A DNA stretch of 64,000 nucleotides from Ructibacterium sp. (GTDB taxonomy: Bacteria > Bacillota > Clostridia > Monoglobales > Monoglobaceae): positions 677 through 64,676 of the forward strand of contig JAZNCG010000029.1 of NCBI GenBank assembly GCA_045587405.1, in the 5' to 3' direction. A model generated the notes under the pieces. It did not search any database and was not told where the DNA came from. It saw only the letters and a list, made by a program, of their open reading frames with translations. Shown piece by piece: positions 55,577-64,000 of the stretch. The position numbers and the translations under genes are program-made. Every line of letters starts with the position of its first letter. Within the stretch, counting starts at the first letter, position 1.

Positions 55577-57034
55577 TTATATGCTAAGAGATTTCCAAAG
55601 TTTACTCTCTTTAATTTGAGTTAATTCAAAGTCCGATTCTTCAATAAAGAAAAGGGATGTATCCACAGGCAAGCAATATGACCTGCTTTGTTTGTCATAG
55701 TTGATACAATAACTTTCCTTACCCTGTAAATGCTTCACTGATACAAATCCGTTATTTATATAATTCTTTAGCGCACTTCGCTGTCTCAATATAGTAGAAA
55801 TATAATTCAGAAATGACGCTTCTGCAGGGTCTTTAGTAGATACGGAACTATATATGTTCAGAAGATTATAAATCAGCTTTGAATGGCCTGTATCATCACG
55901 CAACAACTCAGCTCTTAAGTTGTTTATATCCCAATTCGAAGACGATGTCGTTTCCTTGATTTCCTCTAAGCATTCTATTGCCTTCTCAAAACAGTCTTGA
56001 GACACACCCTTTTTACCATATCGAAGAAGAAGCAGGTATAATGTCTTGGCCTGAGGCGCCGAATCAAACTTTAGTTTTTGATTCTCTATATCCTTCAGGT
56101 AGAAGTCGAATTTCCAGTCAACAAGGACAGAACTTACAGTAGACGTTGCTGAACTTAAATGATCATATAGAAGACGATAATAGCCATCATATGCAAGTGT
56201 GGCATTGGGTGCCTCGATCTGAGTTACAAAATGAGTAATTCTCTTCTTGATTTCAGATGTCACATCAATGCATAGGAAATCAATACTACGCGACAATCTG
56301 CCATCATCGTTAAGTATTTCGCTTTCTTGAATTTTTATAGCCAGGAAAGCATCAAAGTTTACTTGTCCAGGGGACATGCCATATGAAGTGCAAAACGCAT
56401 TAAAGAACGCAACTGACGATGTTTTTGTTAGGGAGGCCTCTATGTCAACATCATCTGCCAACTCATTTGAAGGCAGAATATAACTCATAGACTTCTGAAG
56501 CAGGGTAATATCTATCTTTTGCTTAATCTGCGGGAGATAGAATAGTTGCAGGCCGACATCATTCAAAGCCTTACTTATCAAGAGATTCTCAAACTTATCA
56601 TCTAAGACTTCCCTAGCTGAATTACACTTGGATTTTTCTAGATATACTATCTGTTCTGAAGAGCATTCAGCATCTGTACCACTTACCGAGACGACATTCA
56701 CGCAATCACAAGACTCGCTTGATAGAGCCATTTTTATAGAGCCATACAATAGTTGTTCGCGCTTGTCTACATCCACATCTACCCCTACCATTGCCTCAAG
56801 AGACTCCATTATAGACTCTTTAGTTTCTGAATCTAGGGTTCTAAGGGCACACATAGAGTCTTGAAGAGACATGTAATGAATCATATCTAATTCTTCCTTA
56901 GATACATTCAGTTCTCCCTGGAGAGAATTCAGCAACGCAACCTCATTACCATGAATCTGCTTGTCAGCTTTAGCCAAATCCACAGCAAGTTTAAAGACTG
57001 CACGCTTTTGAATTTGATTTAGAAGCCCCATCAT
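55577..57034 (-). CDS. Protein with TerB-like N-terminal domain and uncharacterised C-terminus
   Basis: DLAKADKQIHGNEVALL and MVGVDVDVDKREQ TerB-type acidic motifs. Confidence 0.6.
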   Translation of the reverse strand: MMGLLNQIQKRAVFKLAVDLAKADKQIHGNEVALLNSLQGELNVSKEELDMIHYMSLQDSMCALRTLDSETKESIMESLEAMVGVDVDVDKREQLLYGSIKMALSSESCDCVNVVSVSGTDAECSSEQIVYLEKSKCNSAREVLDDKFENLLISKALNDVGLQLFYLPQIKQKIDITLLQKSMSYILPSNELADDVDIEASLTKTSSVAFFNAFCTSYGMSPGQVNFDAFLAIKIQESEILNDDGRLSRSIDFLCIDVTSEIKKRITHFVTQIEAPNATLAYDGYYRLLYDHLSSATSTVSSVLVDWKFDFYLKDIENQKLKFDSAPQAKTLYLLLLRYGKKGVSQDCFEKAIECLEEIKETTSSSNWDINNLRAELLRDDTGHSKLIYNLLNIYSSVSTKDPAEASFLNYISTILRQRSALKNYINNGFVSVKHLQGKESYCINYDKQSRSYCLPVDTSLFFIEESDFELTQIKESKLWKSLSI

Positions 57035-57051
57035 ATCTCACACCAAAATCA

Positions 57052-57920
57052 TTAAATTTTCCAAAATGCATATGAGAATCTTGACTCTAATGAATCTTCG
57101 ATATCATCCGACAAATTGGAGAAGAAATCCATTCCTGCTATCTTCTCGATTTCATCAACTGAACAAGAATAGCTTCTTAGAGAGCGAGGGGCTGGTTCAT
57201 TCTTAAAGTAGAATCCAATACTCTCATACTTTTCACCTTGCTTTACTAGCAGAACCTTAAAGAAAGCATCAGGTACAACAACATTTGACTCTCCTATTGT
57301 TCCATACTTGCCGTCTTCTATTATAGAACCGCAAACAATATTTATAGATGTGTAATCATTTGTCAAATCCCTACATTTTTCTTCAAGAATACGCCACCTT
57401 CCACCATTAAGATCCGGATTCTGAGGGCATATATTTGATAGATAACAGGATTCATACATTGCTGACTCACTCCATTTCATATCACCAGCTGGTGCCATAT
57501 GACCTTTATCCCAACCTGAATATTTATAATCCTGAAGTGTTGCCTGATTGCCTTTTACTTCTGGATCCTGAAAAAAACTTTTTCTCTTGGTACCTGACCA
57601 GCCGCCTCGCTACGTGTCAGTTCATATGAAACCCAGTTGGGGATTCTTTTGCTTTCATTATATGAGAGTGTATAGCCTTCTCTTGTTATAATCTGCCCCT
57701 TACTCCCATTAATGATTATCGGCAATCCATACAATGCGCCCTCCAACAATTCGGGAGCTGGTTGTTGATTATAAACATCAGTTTGACTCTGTTCTGTCTC
57801 CGGAGGCGGTTGAATAGGCTGCACCTGCTGCCTGTTACTTATTGAAACATCAATAAATAATCCGAGCAGCAGGGCTTCAATAACAGCCCCAATAGCCAGA
57901 ATCCATTTAGAAGGCGTCAT
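57052..57920 (-). pseudogene. Membrane-anchored DNA/RNA non-specific endonuclease (NucA/EndA-like) split by a frameshift
   Basis: N-terminal TM plus PNWVSYEL in one frame; DKGHMAP, SNICPQ and LNGGRW in the -1 frame; break at the T7 tract 57571-57577. Confidence 0.85.
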
Positions 57921-57926
57921 ATCGTA

Positions 57927-58280
57927 TTACTTTAGAAGCTCTTCTATTGTGCCTATAATCTCATTTATACCACTCTTGACTTGGTCTACGGTTGTCGAAG
58001 CAGTTTTCTTGATCATTATAGCATTTATCTTCGTATTGAGTTCATCAACATGATACCTTTCCTCTGGTGTCATATCCAATGAGAACTGAGTATATTCGGT
58101 TCTCAATAATTCATATGAGCTCTCTGCCATCTGCCATTCCTCAGCAGAGAACGTTGAATGATTCTCAATTATATTAACTGCTATACGCTCGTACCTTTCC
58201 AGATATTTATCTTTCTCGGATTTACAGGCGGTAAACGCTATACAACATACAGCCAGACAAAGAAGGATTACTCTTTTCAT
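57927..58280 (-). CDS. Helical lipoprotein
   Basis: Lipobox FTAC. Confidence 0.75.
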   Translation of the reverse strand: MKRVILLCLAVCCIAFTACKSEKDKYLERYERIAVNIIENHSTFSAEEWQMAESSYELLRTEYTQFSLDMTPEERYHVDELNTKINAIMIKKTASTTVDQVKSGINEIIGTIEELLK

Positions 58281-58283
58281 ACG

Positions 58284-61200
58284 CTATTTCTTTAATAAAC
58301 TTATCTCATCAGTAGACATTCCAACAATCTGTAATAAGGTAATTTTATCATCTGTATTTGTTGCACATAGAGTCGGCTCCTGTTGGAAATTATGCTTACA
58401 CAACTCATTCCACTTAGAACGTTCAGATTCAAGAGAAGCAGACAAGAATAAGAGCTTACAATTAGTATTTCTAGAATCACGGCTTTCAATCACAGATTCT
58501 TTTCTTACAAATGCATCAGACTTCTTATCCATTTGCTGGAGCAATTCATTGACATCAGTGTATCTGCGGTCAACATACGGATAATTTTCCTCACCCACCA
58601 CATGCTTGTAAATAGAAAAGCCCTTCAATCTTGACCATAATGCGTTGATTAATGTCTCTTTAAGAGTATTCTTGAACTTAATTATCTGATCTTCACTTAT
58701 ATTGTACTGATTCTTGAACATTGAAGACAACCTAATCTCCTTAGTTATACTATCTTTCTGTTCTTCAAAGTATGAATCAAGACATGGGTTAGATATCAAT
58801 GACAGGAACGGTTCTCTATTCATTGGCTCAATCTTCACACTTTCCTCTTCTTCAGCACGCCAAACCTTAAGATTACCGACATACGATTTCATACCGTTAT
58901 ACTTAGTATGAAGATTCTTTGACAATTTGGAAAGAGAGTCAATAATCATACCGGCCACATGGGTCTTGATATGTATTATATCTATCTCCCTAGACCTCTT
59001 TGTTATCTCGTCAGTTATTCTGTCTAATCGATGTTTGTAATCCTCATCCAGATCCACTCTCTTATGTTTCCTTTGTTTAGACCACAAAGCGAAGACGAGA
59101 GAGCCTACGACTAACAAACCGTAAACGATATAACTTACAGTACTAAATAACACATCCTCTACTGATTCACTATACGAGCACACTAAAATAAATGTCAACA
59201 GGATAGTTGCAACCACACCCCAGAACACCCATTTTGTAACCTTAGTTTCCTTATCAAAAGCCTCAAGCTGCACAGTACGCTCTTCATGAACACGTCCCTT
59301 TGAAGAATGCAAGTCGCGTGTTTCCATTTCAAGACGCTTAATAGATCCGTCGCAAATAGAATTTCTCGTCGCATTGTTTCCAAGAAGCTGCGTCAAAGTA
59401 TTATATTCAACCGTTTTTGCACTGAATTTGGTACTGAGTGTTGCCAGATTTACCTTTTCTTCCTCTATAAGATTCTTCAATATCGCTGCCTTAATCTGGG
59501 AGTTTGACATATCGAATGATATTGTTGTCTTATTGTCCTTTCCTCCCACCGTGAGTTTATTGTCTGAAATCTGAGTAATAATACAAGCAATATTCATCAA
59601 ACTCGGATCAGCTATGTAAGAATATGGTATATAGCAATATCCTCTATCACCAAATCTTGTTCCCCATGAATTCCTTACAATGAAGATCTTCTCCTCCTCA
59701 CTGTATCCACAGAGAATCATCGCATGATTTCCACTTTCCCCAGCAATCTCTTCAAAGGTTGGTCGAGAAATGAATCCCTCTACTGGTTCGAATGAGTCAT
59801 AAATCTTCAATGATATTGCTACAGGGTATCCCTCAGAAATTGCTGATTTTATATCTTCAAGGGTACCCTTTACATTCAACGCCTTAATTATCTTGTTACT
59901 CTGTGCATCATCATAGGCCTCTTGCGAAGGATTTATATCTAATGTTTCCGAATACGGACAGAAACGTTCATGGCAAACACCCTTATCAGTAATTGAAGAT
60001 ATTACTTCAAAGAGAGAACTTCCTGTATCTTCTTTCTCCTTACTGTTGGCTTTGCGCACATTATAGTAAACAAAGCTCTCACTCAAATCTGGCTCGCTTA
60101 TACTATTCCTTTTAAGGATATATTCGAAAATACCGACAATTGAGAATGCAGAACATGCACCAATTTCACCCTGATCTTTAATCGTAGTAAAGAACGGTCT
60201 CAAATCCACCTTTGTAGGAAGATTTGTCTTTGGAACATAATCCTCAGAACAAGGAATTTCAGTAACATTCGCCTGCAGCTGGTACGTTTTACCCTCAAAA
60301 ACAAAACCTTCACGAGTTAATCTCTTCTGGCTTTCAGTATTATCTTTTATTAAAACCTCTACCCCCTCTAATTCCTCTGACTTATGACGAATGTAATTTG
60401 AAGACTCCCTCATCCTAACCTTGATCGCCTTCACATCATCTATAATCGCACTCGCAGATGCCACTGCTGTCTTTGCTGAACCTGAAAGTGCTGCATATTT
60501 TGCAATAACCTCCTTCTCAGTCTTCTCTGTGTTCTCCGTACCTGCTTCGGCATTTTCAGAGGCAGATTTCGGATACAGTGCAGCCAAATTATTGTTCAAT
60601 TGCACGAACAGATCAAGCACCTCTCTTGCACAGTCATCTATTACAAGCTGGCGTTTATTGAACATATATCCAGTCAAGAGATCATCATCCTCACCTAAAA
60701 GCTGGGCCAACGTTGCCTTCTTCTCTGGCAAGGATAAATTATCATCATCCACAAAAGACTGAAATACATCTGTCAAACGTGCGATCTCCGCTTGCAGTTC
60801 AGGATGTATCTGTGCGATAATCTCATCCTGATGTACACCCCTGTCAAGCCTTTCCTTTACCGACTTATTATAGAATGATGTGAAAACATCTACATTCTCC
60901 TTAAGAATCTTCTGAACGATTTGAGAAACCTTGTTTACGTCCACTTCTTCTTGAAGGACCTTCTCCCTATCAAGAATATTGATATATGCCTTATGCAAGA
61001 GATATTGCACAAAGTAATACTTATCAAAGCTTAGAACAGAGAGGCCTAGTGCATGTATCAATCTATCTTCCGACTCTGCAGCAGGATTAAATAGTTCCTG
61101 GTAATGATTCAAGGAAAGAAGAGTATATTCTCCAATGATTCTCACAAAAGACTCCGGCACAAGATCCAATGCAATTCCTGTAGAGTTACAGTTCTGCAAT

Positions 61201-61799
61201 AGGACTGCATGCGCTATCTGTCTCTGAGTTTTATTGAACTCGATGATTTCATTGATGGTCTTCTTAGTCTGTTGCTGGTACTCATTTACCTTAAGAGGCA
61301 ACAAGTCGACCTCTTTCTCGAACAGATAGGCAAGATCATATGGAAGCAACAAAAGGTCAACATTGTAGTTCTGCGGAATTGAATTTATTGCTCCTAAAAA
61401 CTCCTTGATTATTGACCAACACTTTGCATCATATGTCTGCAAATGAAAACACACATGCAATGATGTAGAATCTCCAGGATTGTTAATCGTCACCTGACGA
61501 TTATACAATTCAGAGAAGAAACTCTTTAGATACTCGCTTCTACTTGCTGCAGGAATTCGATATTTCTCAACAGCCTTTACAGAGTATAAATTATCTATGC
61601 CTGCAACAAACGTGTTGGCATCATCTTGAACAGGTACAGCCTCATAAAAAATCGAATCTGCATCCTGTTTATTATCAAATAATATGGCACGGAAAAAGTC
61701 AGTAGACTTTTCCTTTCCATACTTAATGATATACTCCTGAATATTGCAAAGCACCTGCTCGGCATTGCTGCCGAGCAATATATGCACTGTGTGTCTCAT
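58284..61799 (-). CDS. Multidomain membrane protein with a papain-like (C1) cysteine peptidase
   Basis: VDLR..IKDQGEIGACSAF, HAMILCGY, IVRNSWG triad; coiled coils; two TM helices. Confidence 0.85.
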   Translation of the reverse strand: MRHTVHILLGSNAEQVLCNIQEYIIKYGKEKSTDFFRAILFDNKQDADSIFYEAVPVQDDANTFVAGIDNLYSVKAVEKYRIPAASRSEYLKSFFSELYNRQVTINNPGDSTSLHVCFHLQTYDAKCWSIIKEFLGAINSIPQNYNVDLLLLPYDLAYLFEKEVDLLPLKVNEYQQQTKKTINEIIEFNKTQRQIAHAVLLQNCNSTGIALDLVPESFVRIIGEYTLLSLNHYQELFNPAAESEDRLIHALGLSVLSFDKYYFVQYLLHKAYINILDREKVLQEEVDVNKVSQIVQKILKENVDVFTSFYNKSVKERLDRGVHQDEIIAQIHPELQAEIARLTDVFQSFVDDDNLSLPEKKATLAQLLGEDDDLLTGYMFNKRQLVIDDCAREVLDLFVQLNNNLAALYPKSASENAEAGTENTEKTEKEVIAKYAALSGSAKTAVASASAIIDDVKAIKVRMRESSNYIRHKSEELEGVEVLIKDNTESQKRLTREGFVFEGKTYQLQANVTEIPCSEDYVPKTNLPTKVDLRPFFTTIKDQGEIGACSAFSIVGIFEYILKRNSISEPDLSESFVYYNVRKANSKEKEDTGSSLFEVISSITDKGVCHERFCPYSETLDINPSQEAYDDAQSNKIIKALNVKGTLEDIKSAISEGYPVAISLKIYDSFEPVEGFISRPTFEEIAGESGNHAMILCGYSEEEKIFIVRNSWGTRFGDRGYCYIPYSYIADPSLMNIACIITQISDNKLTVGGKDNKTTISFDMSNSQIKAAILKNLIEEEKVNLATLSTKFSAKTVEYNTLTQLLGNNATRNSICDGSIKRLEMETRDLHSSKGRVHEERTVQLEAFDKETKVTKWVFWGVVATILLTFILVCSYSESVEDVLFSTVSYIVYGLLVVGSLVFALWSKQRKHKRVDLDEDYKHRLDRITDEITKRSREIDIIHIKTHVAGMIIDSLSKLSKNLHTKYNGMKSYVGNLKVWRAEEEESVKIEPMNREPFLSLISNPCLDSYFEEQKDSITKEIRLSSMFKNQYNISEDQIIKFKNTLKETLINALWSRLKGFSIYKHVVGEENYPYVDRRYTDVNELLQQMDKKSDAFVRKESVIESRDSRNTNCKLLFLSASLESERSKWNELCKHNFQQEPTLCATNTDDKITLLQIVGMSTDEISLLKK

Positions 61800-61806
61800 A
61801 GACTTA

Positions 61807-64000
61807 TTATAGATGTTTCTTTACGTAATCGAGCTCCAAAGTTATGAGCTCTCTGATTCTCTCAAATCCCTTTGCCTTTATCTGATCCTTTGTCATATTT
61901 ATCTGAGAATAAGCATTCAGATAATTGGCCTTCACATCAGATATTGTCTTCAAAACTGCCTCCTGGCCTTTTTGAGAAACAAGTGTCTCGATGATATCAG
62001 TAAATTCCTTTAAAATAACTGCTTTGTTTCTTCGGAATTCATCATAAGCCTCGTCTCTATACTTACCAAGATCTACCCAGTTATCATCAAGGGCATCTCC
62101 CAATTCCTGACTCTGGAACTGATATGTACCATTATCATTTCTCACAAGACCAAAGACAAATCCCTTAACCCACATTTCGAGAAGGTCATCATCAGAAGCT
62201 CGCTTAGGCTCGATTGCATATTCTTCCCTAACCATTCTTGTCAACATATTATTGTCAAAATGGCAGCTCACATTACAGTCTTCGTACTCTCTCTTATAAT
62301 CCTGAATTGCTGAGATAGAGTAAGCTGGCACAACACCTACCTGTCTGTAAATAATAATTCTATCATTCACCCCAATATTGGCAAAGTCAACATCTGCTGT
62401 TCCATGAATCTTACCCTTGAAATAATTATCCTTAAAGAGACGGCTTGTCGCCTTATTCGGTACTCCAACATAGAAACTATCTCTAGGATTTTCCTTTGGA
62501 GCATAACCTCTGTAGTTATAACGGAACAATGGCATAGACTTCTTGATAGACAGCTCTACAACATGCTTGAAGTCATCTTCAGACAATTTATCGATTATCT
62601 GATCAATTGTAGTCTCTGCCAAAGACTTTGCAACATGTGTTCTTGAGGTGTATTTAAGAAGCAATTCTTCTATTTCTTCAGATGACAACTCATTGAATCC
62701 ATAGATTTTACCTTCATTGATTAATGTCCTGACAAAATCCGAAATCTGGATATCCTCCTGCTTAACAGACACCTTGGACGCTGCTTCCAGAGCAAGGTCA
62801 ATCTGGAATGTACGAGAGGTCTTTCCTACGCTGTTCTGAAGTTTCGAAAGATCAGAAGTAAACTTTGTATAAAGTCCTTTCAATGCGCTATCAATAGCTT
62901 CAACTCTATCCTCAGCTGTCTTAAGCATTGAAATAATATTGTTAAATACTGTAAGTGCCGATGTTCTGCGGACTATTTCTCTCTGGCAGATCACAAGTTG
63001 TCTTACAGCGTCAGCAACATCTGTTGCTCTGTCTTCAAGCGTAGATGACTTTTTGAAAAATTTACCATCGTACTCCTTGAGATCAGCAACAGCTGTTTCC
63101 ATTGCTGTCTTCAATCTTGGTTCCTTTTCTACAAGTTCCTCCTTCTCCTTCTGCATTTCGCCAATGAAGAGATTTACCTGAGCACGGATACCTTCAATAA
63201 TTTTTGCGGCAGTAGAAACACCACACTCCTTGTTTATATTTGCTACCAAGAGTTCACGAAGTTCCTTCCTAACTCTTGATGTCAAGGTCGTAATCTTAGG
63301 TGACACGAATTCACCTGCCAACTGCTGAGCCGCAATATATTGCTGGATCTCAGGAGTTGGATTAGCATACTCGTTAATAGTGATATCATACTTTGGATTC
63401 TTATCAGCAATGAAATCAATAACGTGGTCATTATTATTGTTTTCACGGATATTCACTTTTTCAGAGTCAATCCAAGAGTTTACAATGACATCAATATCCT
63501 CACATGTATTCTGCAACCTCTCGATGAGACTCTTTGCTGCCTTGATTGAATAGATTTTGCTTATTGATGAGCTCTTATAGAGAATCTCACATACTCCCAT
63601 ACCTGCAGCCCATGCCTTTTTGTTCTCAATATCCATTGAGCCCTCTGCAATATTCTTCTCTAGGTTATCACTCACACTCGCTGATGCAGTGGATAACTCT
63701 CCAGCTGAGGTAACCAGAGCCAGACTTATCATCTCGGTCAATTCATCAATATGAGTATACGAATCATTATTCTCATTCTTATTATCAATGAAAACAACTG
63801 AATTGAATGGTCGCTCTTTTATCTCATAACTATCTCTTATGTACTCCAATTTGACAGGAGTAGACCCAATACCCATATGCATGAGATAGTCAAGATCCTG
63901 GATTGCACCATATGCATTTGGTGCAACTTTGGCCATACCTGAATTAGACATCGATTTGAAAACGTCCGGAAGAACCGCATAGCCTGTTAGTTTGCATCCC
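61807..64000 (-). CDS. Tubulin/FtsZ-like GTPase (Tubulin_2-type) with a long coiled-coil C-terminus; 5' end outside the window
   Basis: Frame open to the window edge: GYAVLPDVF..NAYGAIQDLD..PFNSVVFIDN. Confidence 0.75.
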   Translation of the reverse strand, partial: GCKLTGYAVLPDVFKSMSNSGMAKVAPNAYGAIQDLDYLMHMGIGSTPVKLEYIRDSYEIKERPFNSVVFIDNKNENNDSYTHIDELTEMISLALVTSAGELSTASASVSDNLEKNIAEGSMDIENKKAWAAGMGVCEILYKSSSISKIYSIKAAKSLIERLQNTCEDIDVIVNSWIDSEKVNIRENNNNDHVIDFIADKNPKYDITINEYANPTPEIQQYIAAQQLAGEFVSPKITTLTSRVRKELRELLVANINKECGVSTAAKIIEGIRAQVNLFIGEMQKEKEELVEKEPRLKTAMETAVADLKEYDGKFFKKSSTLEDRATDVADAVRQLVICQREIVRRTSALTVFNNIISMLKTAEDRVEAIDSALKGLYTKFTSDLSKLQNSVGKTSRTFQIDLALEAASKVSVKQEDIQISDFVRTLINEGKIYGFNELSSEEIEELLLKYTSRTHVAKSLAETTIDQIIDKLSEDDFKHVVELSIKKSMPLFRYNYRGYAPKENPRDSFYVGVPNKATSRLFKDNYFKGKIHGTADVDFANIGVNDRIIIYRQVGVVPAYSISAIQDYKREYEDCNVSCHFDNNMLTRMVREEYAIEPKRASDDDLLEMWVKGFVFGLVRNDNGTYQFQSQELGDALDDNWVDLGKYRDEAYDEFRRNKAVILKEFTDIIETLVSQKGQEAVLKTISDVKANYLNAYSQINMTKDQIKAKGFERIRELITLELDYVKKHL

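Overview
Bases 1 to ~52,156 are a nearly complete temperate siphovirus-type prophage of a Bacteroidetes host (TAnnTTTG promoters). It runs from a tyrosine integrase at the left edge to a 3' half of tRNA-Arg(TCT) at 52,114-52,156 (attR). Most modules are on the minus strand: lysis, DGR, tail, head, packaging, a putative DNA-modification cluster, replication/recombination and early genes. Three signals stand out. (1) A diversity-generating retroelement whose single template repeat matches two variable regions with adenine-only mismatches: one in the adjacent tail-tip lectin-like gene, and one about 33 kb away inside a non-structural gene that has its own hairpin. (2) Promoter-anchored segments of about 2.5 kb, 1.7 kb and 0.3 kb in which I found no GGA/TCC trinucleotide on either strand. 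This may reflect a GGA-directed virion DNA modification, made by the ASCH/PAPS-reductase-like/ParB cluster beside the terminase, that immediate-early genes must avoid. (3) Two tRNA-like elements with broken anticodon arms in the late operon. The prophage also appears to lack GATC. Right of attR (52.2-64 kb) lies a separate island carrying a tubulin-like GTPase, a membrane papain-like protease, a lipoprotein, a frameshifted nuclease, a TerB-like protein and a P-type ATPase. All motif counts were made by eye and need computational confirmation.
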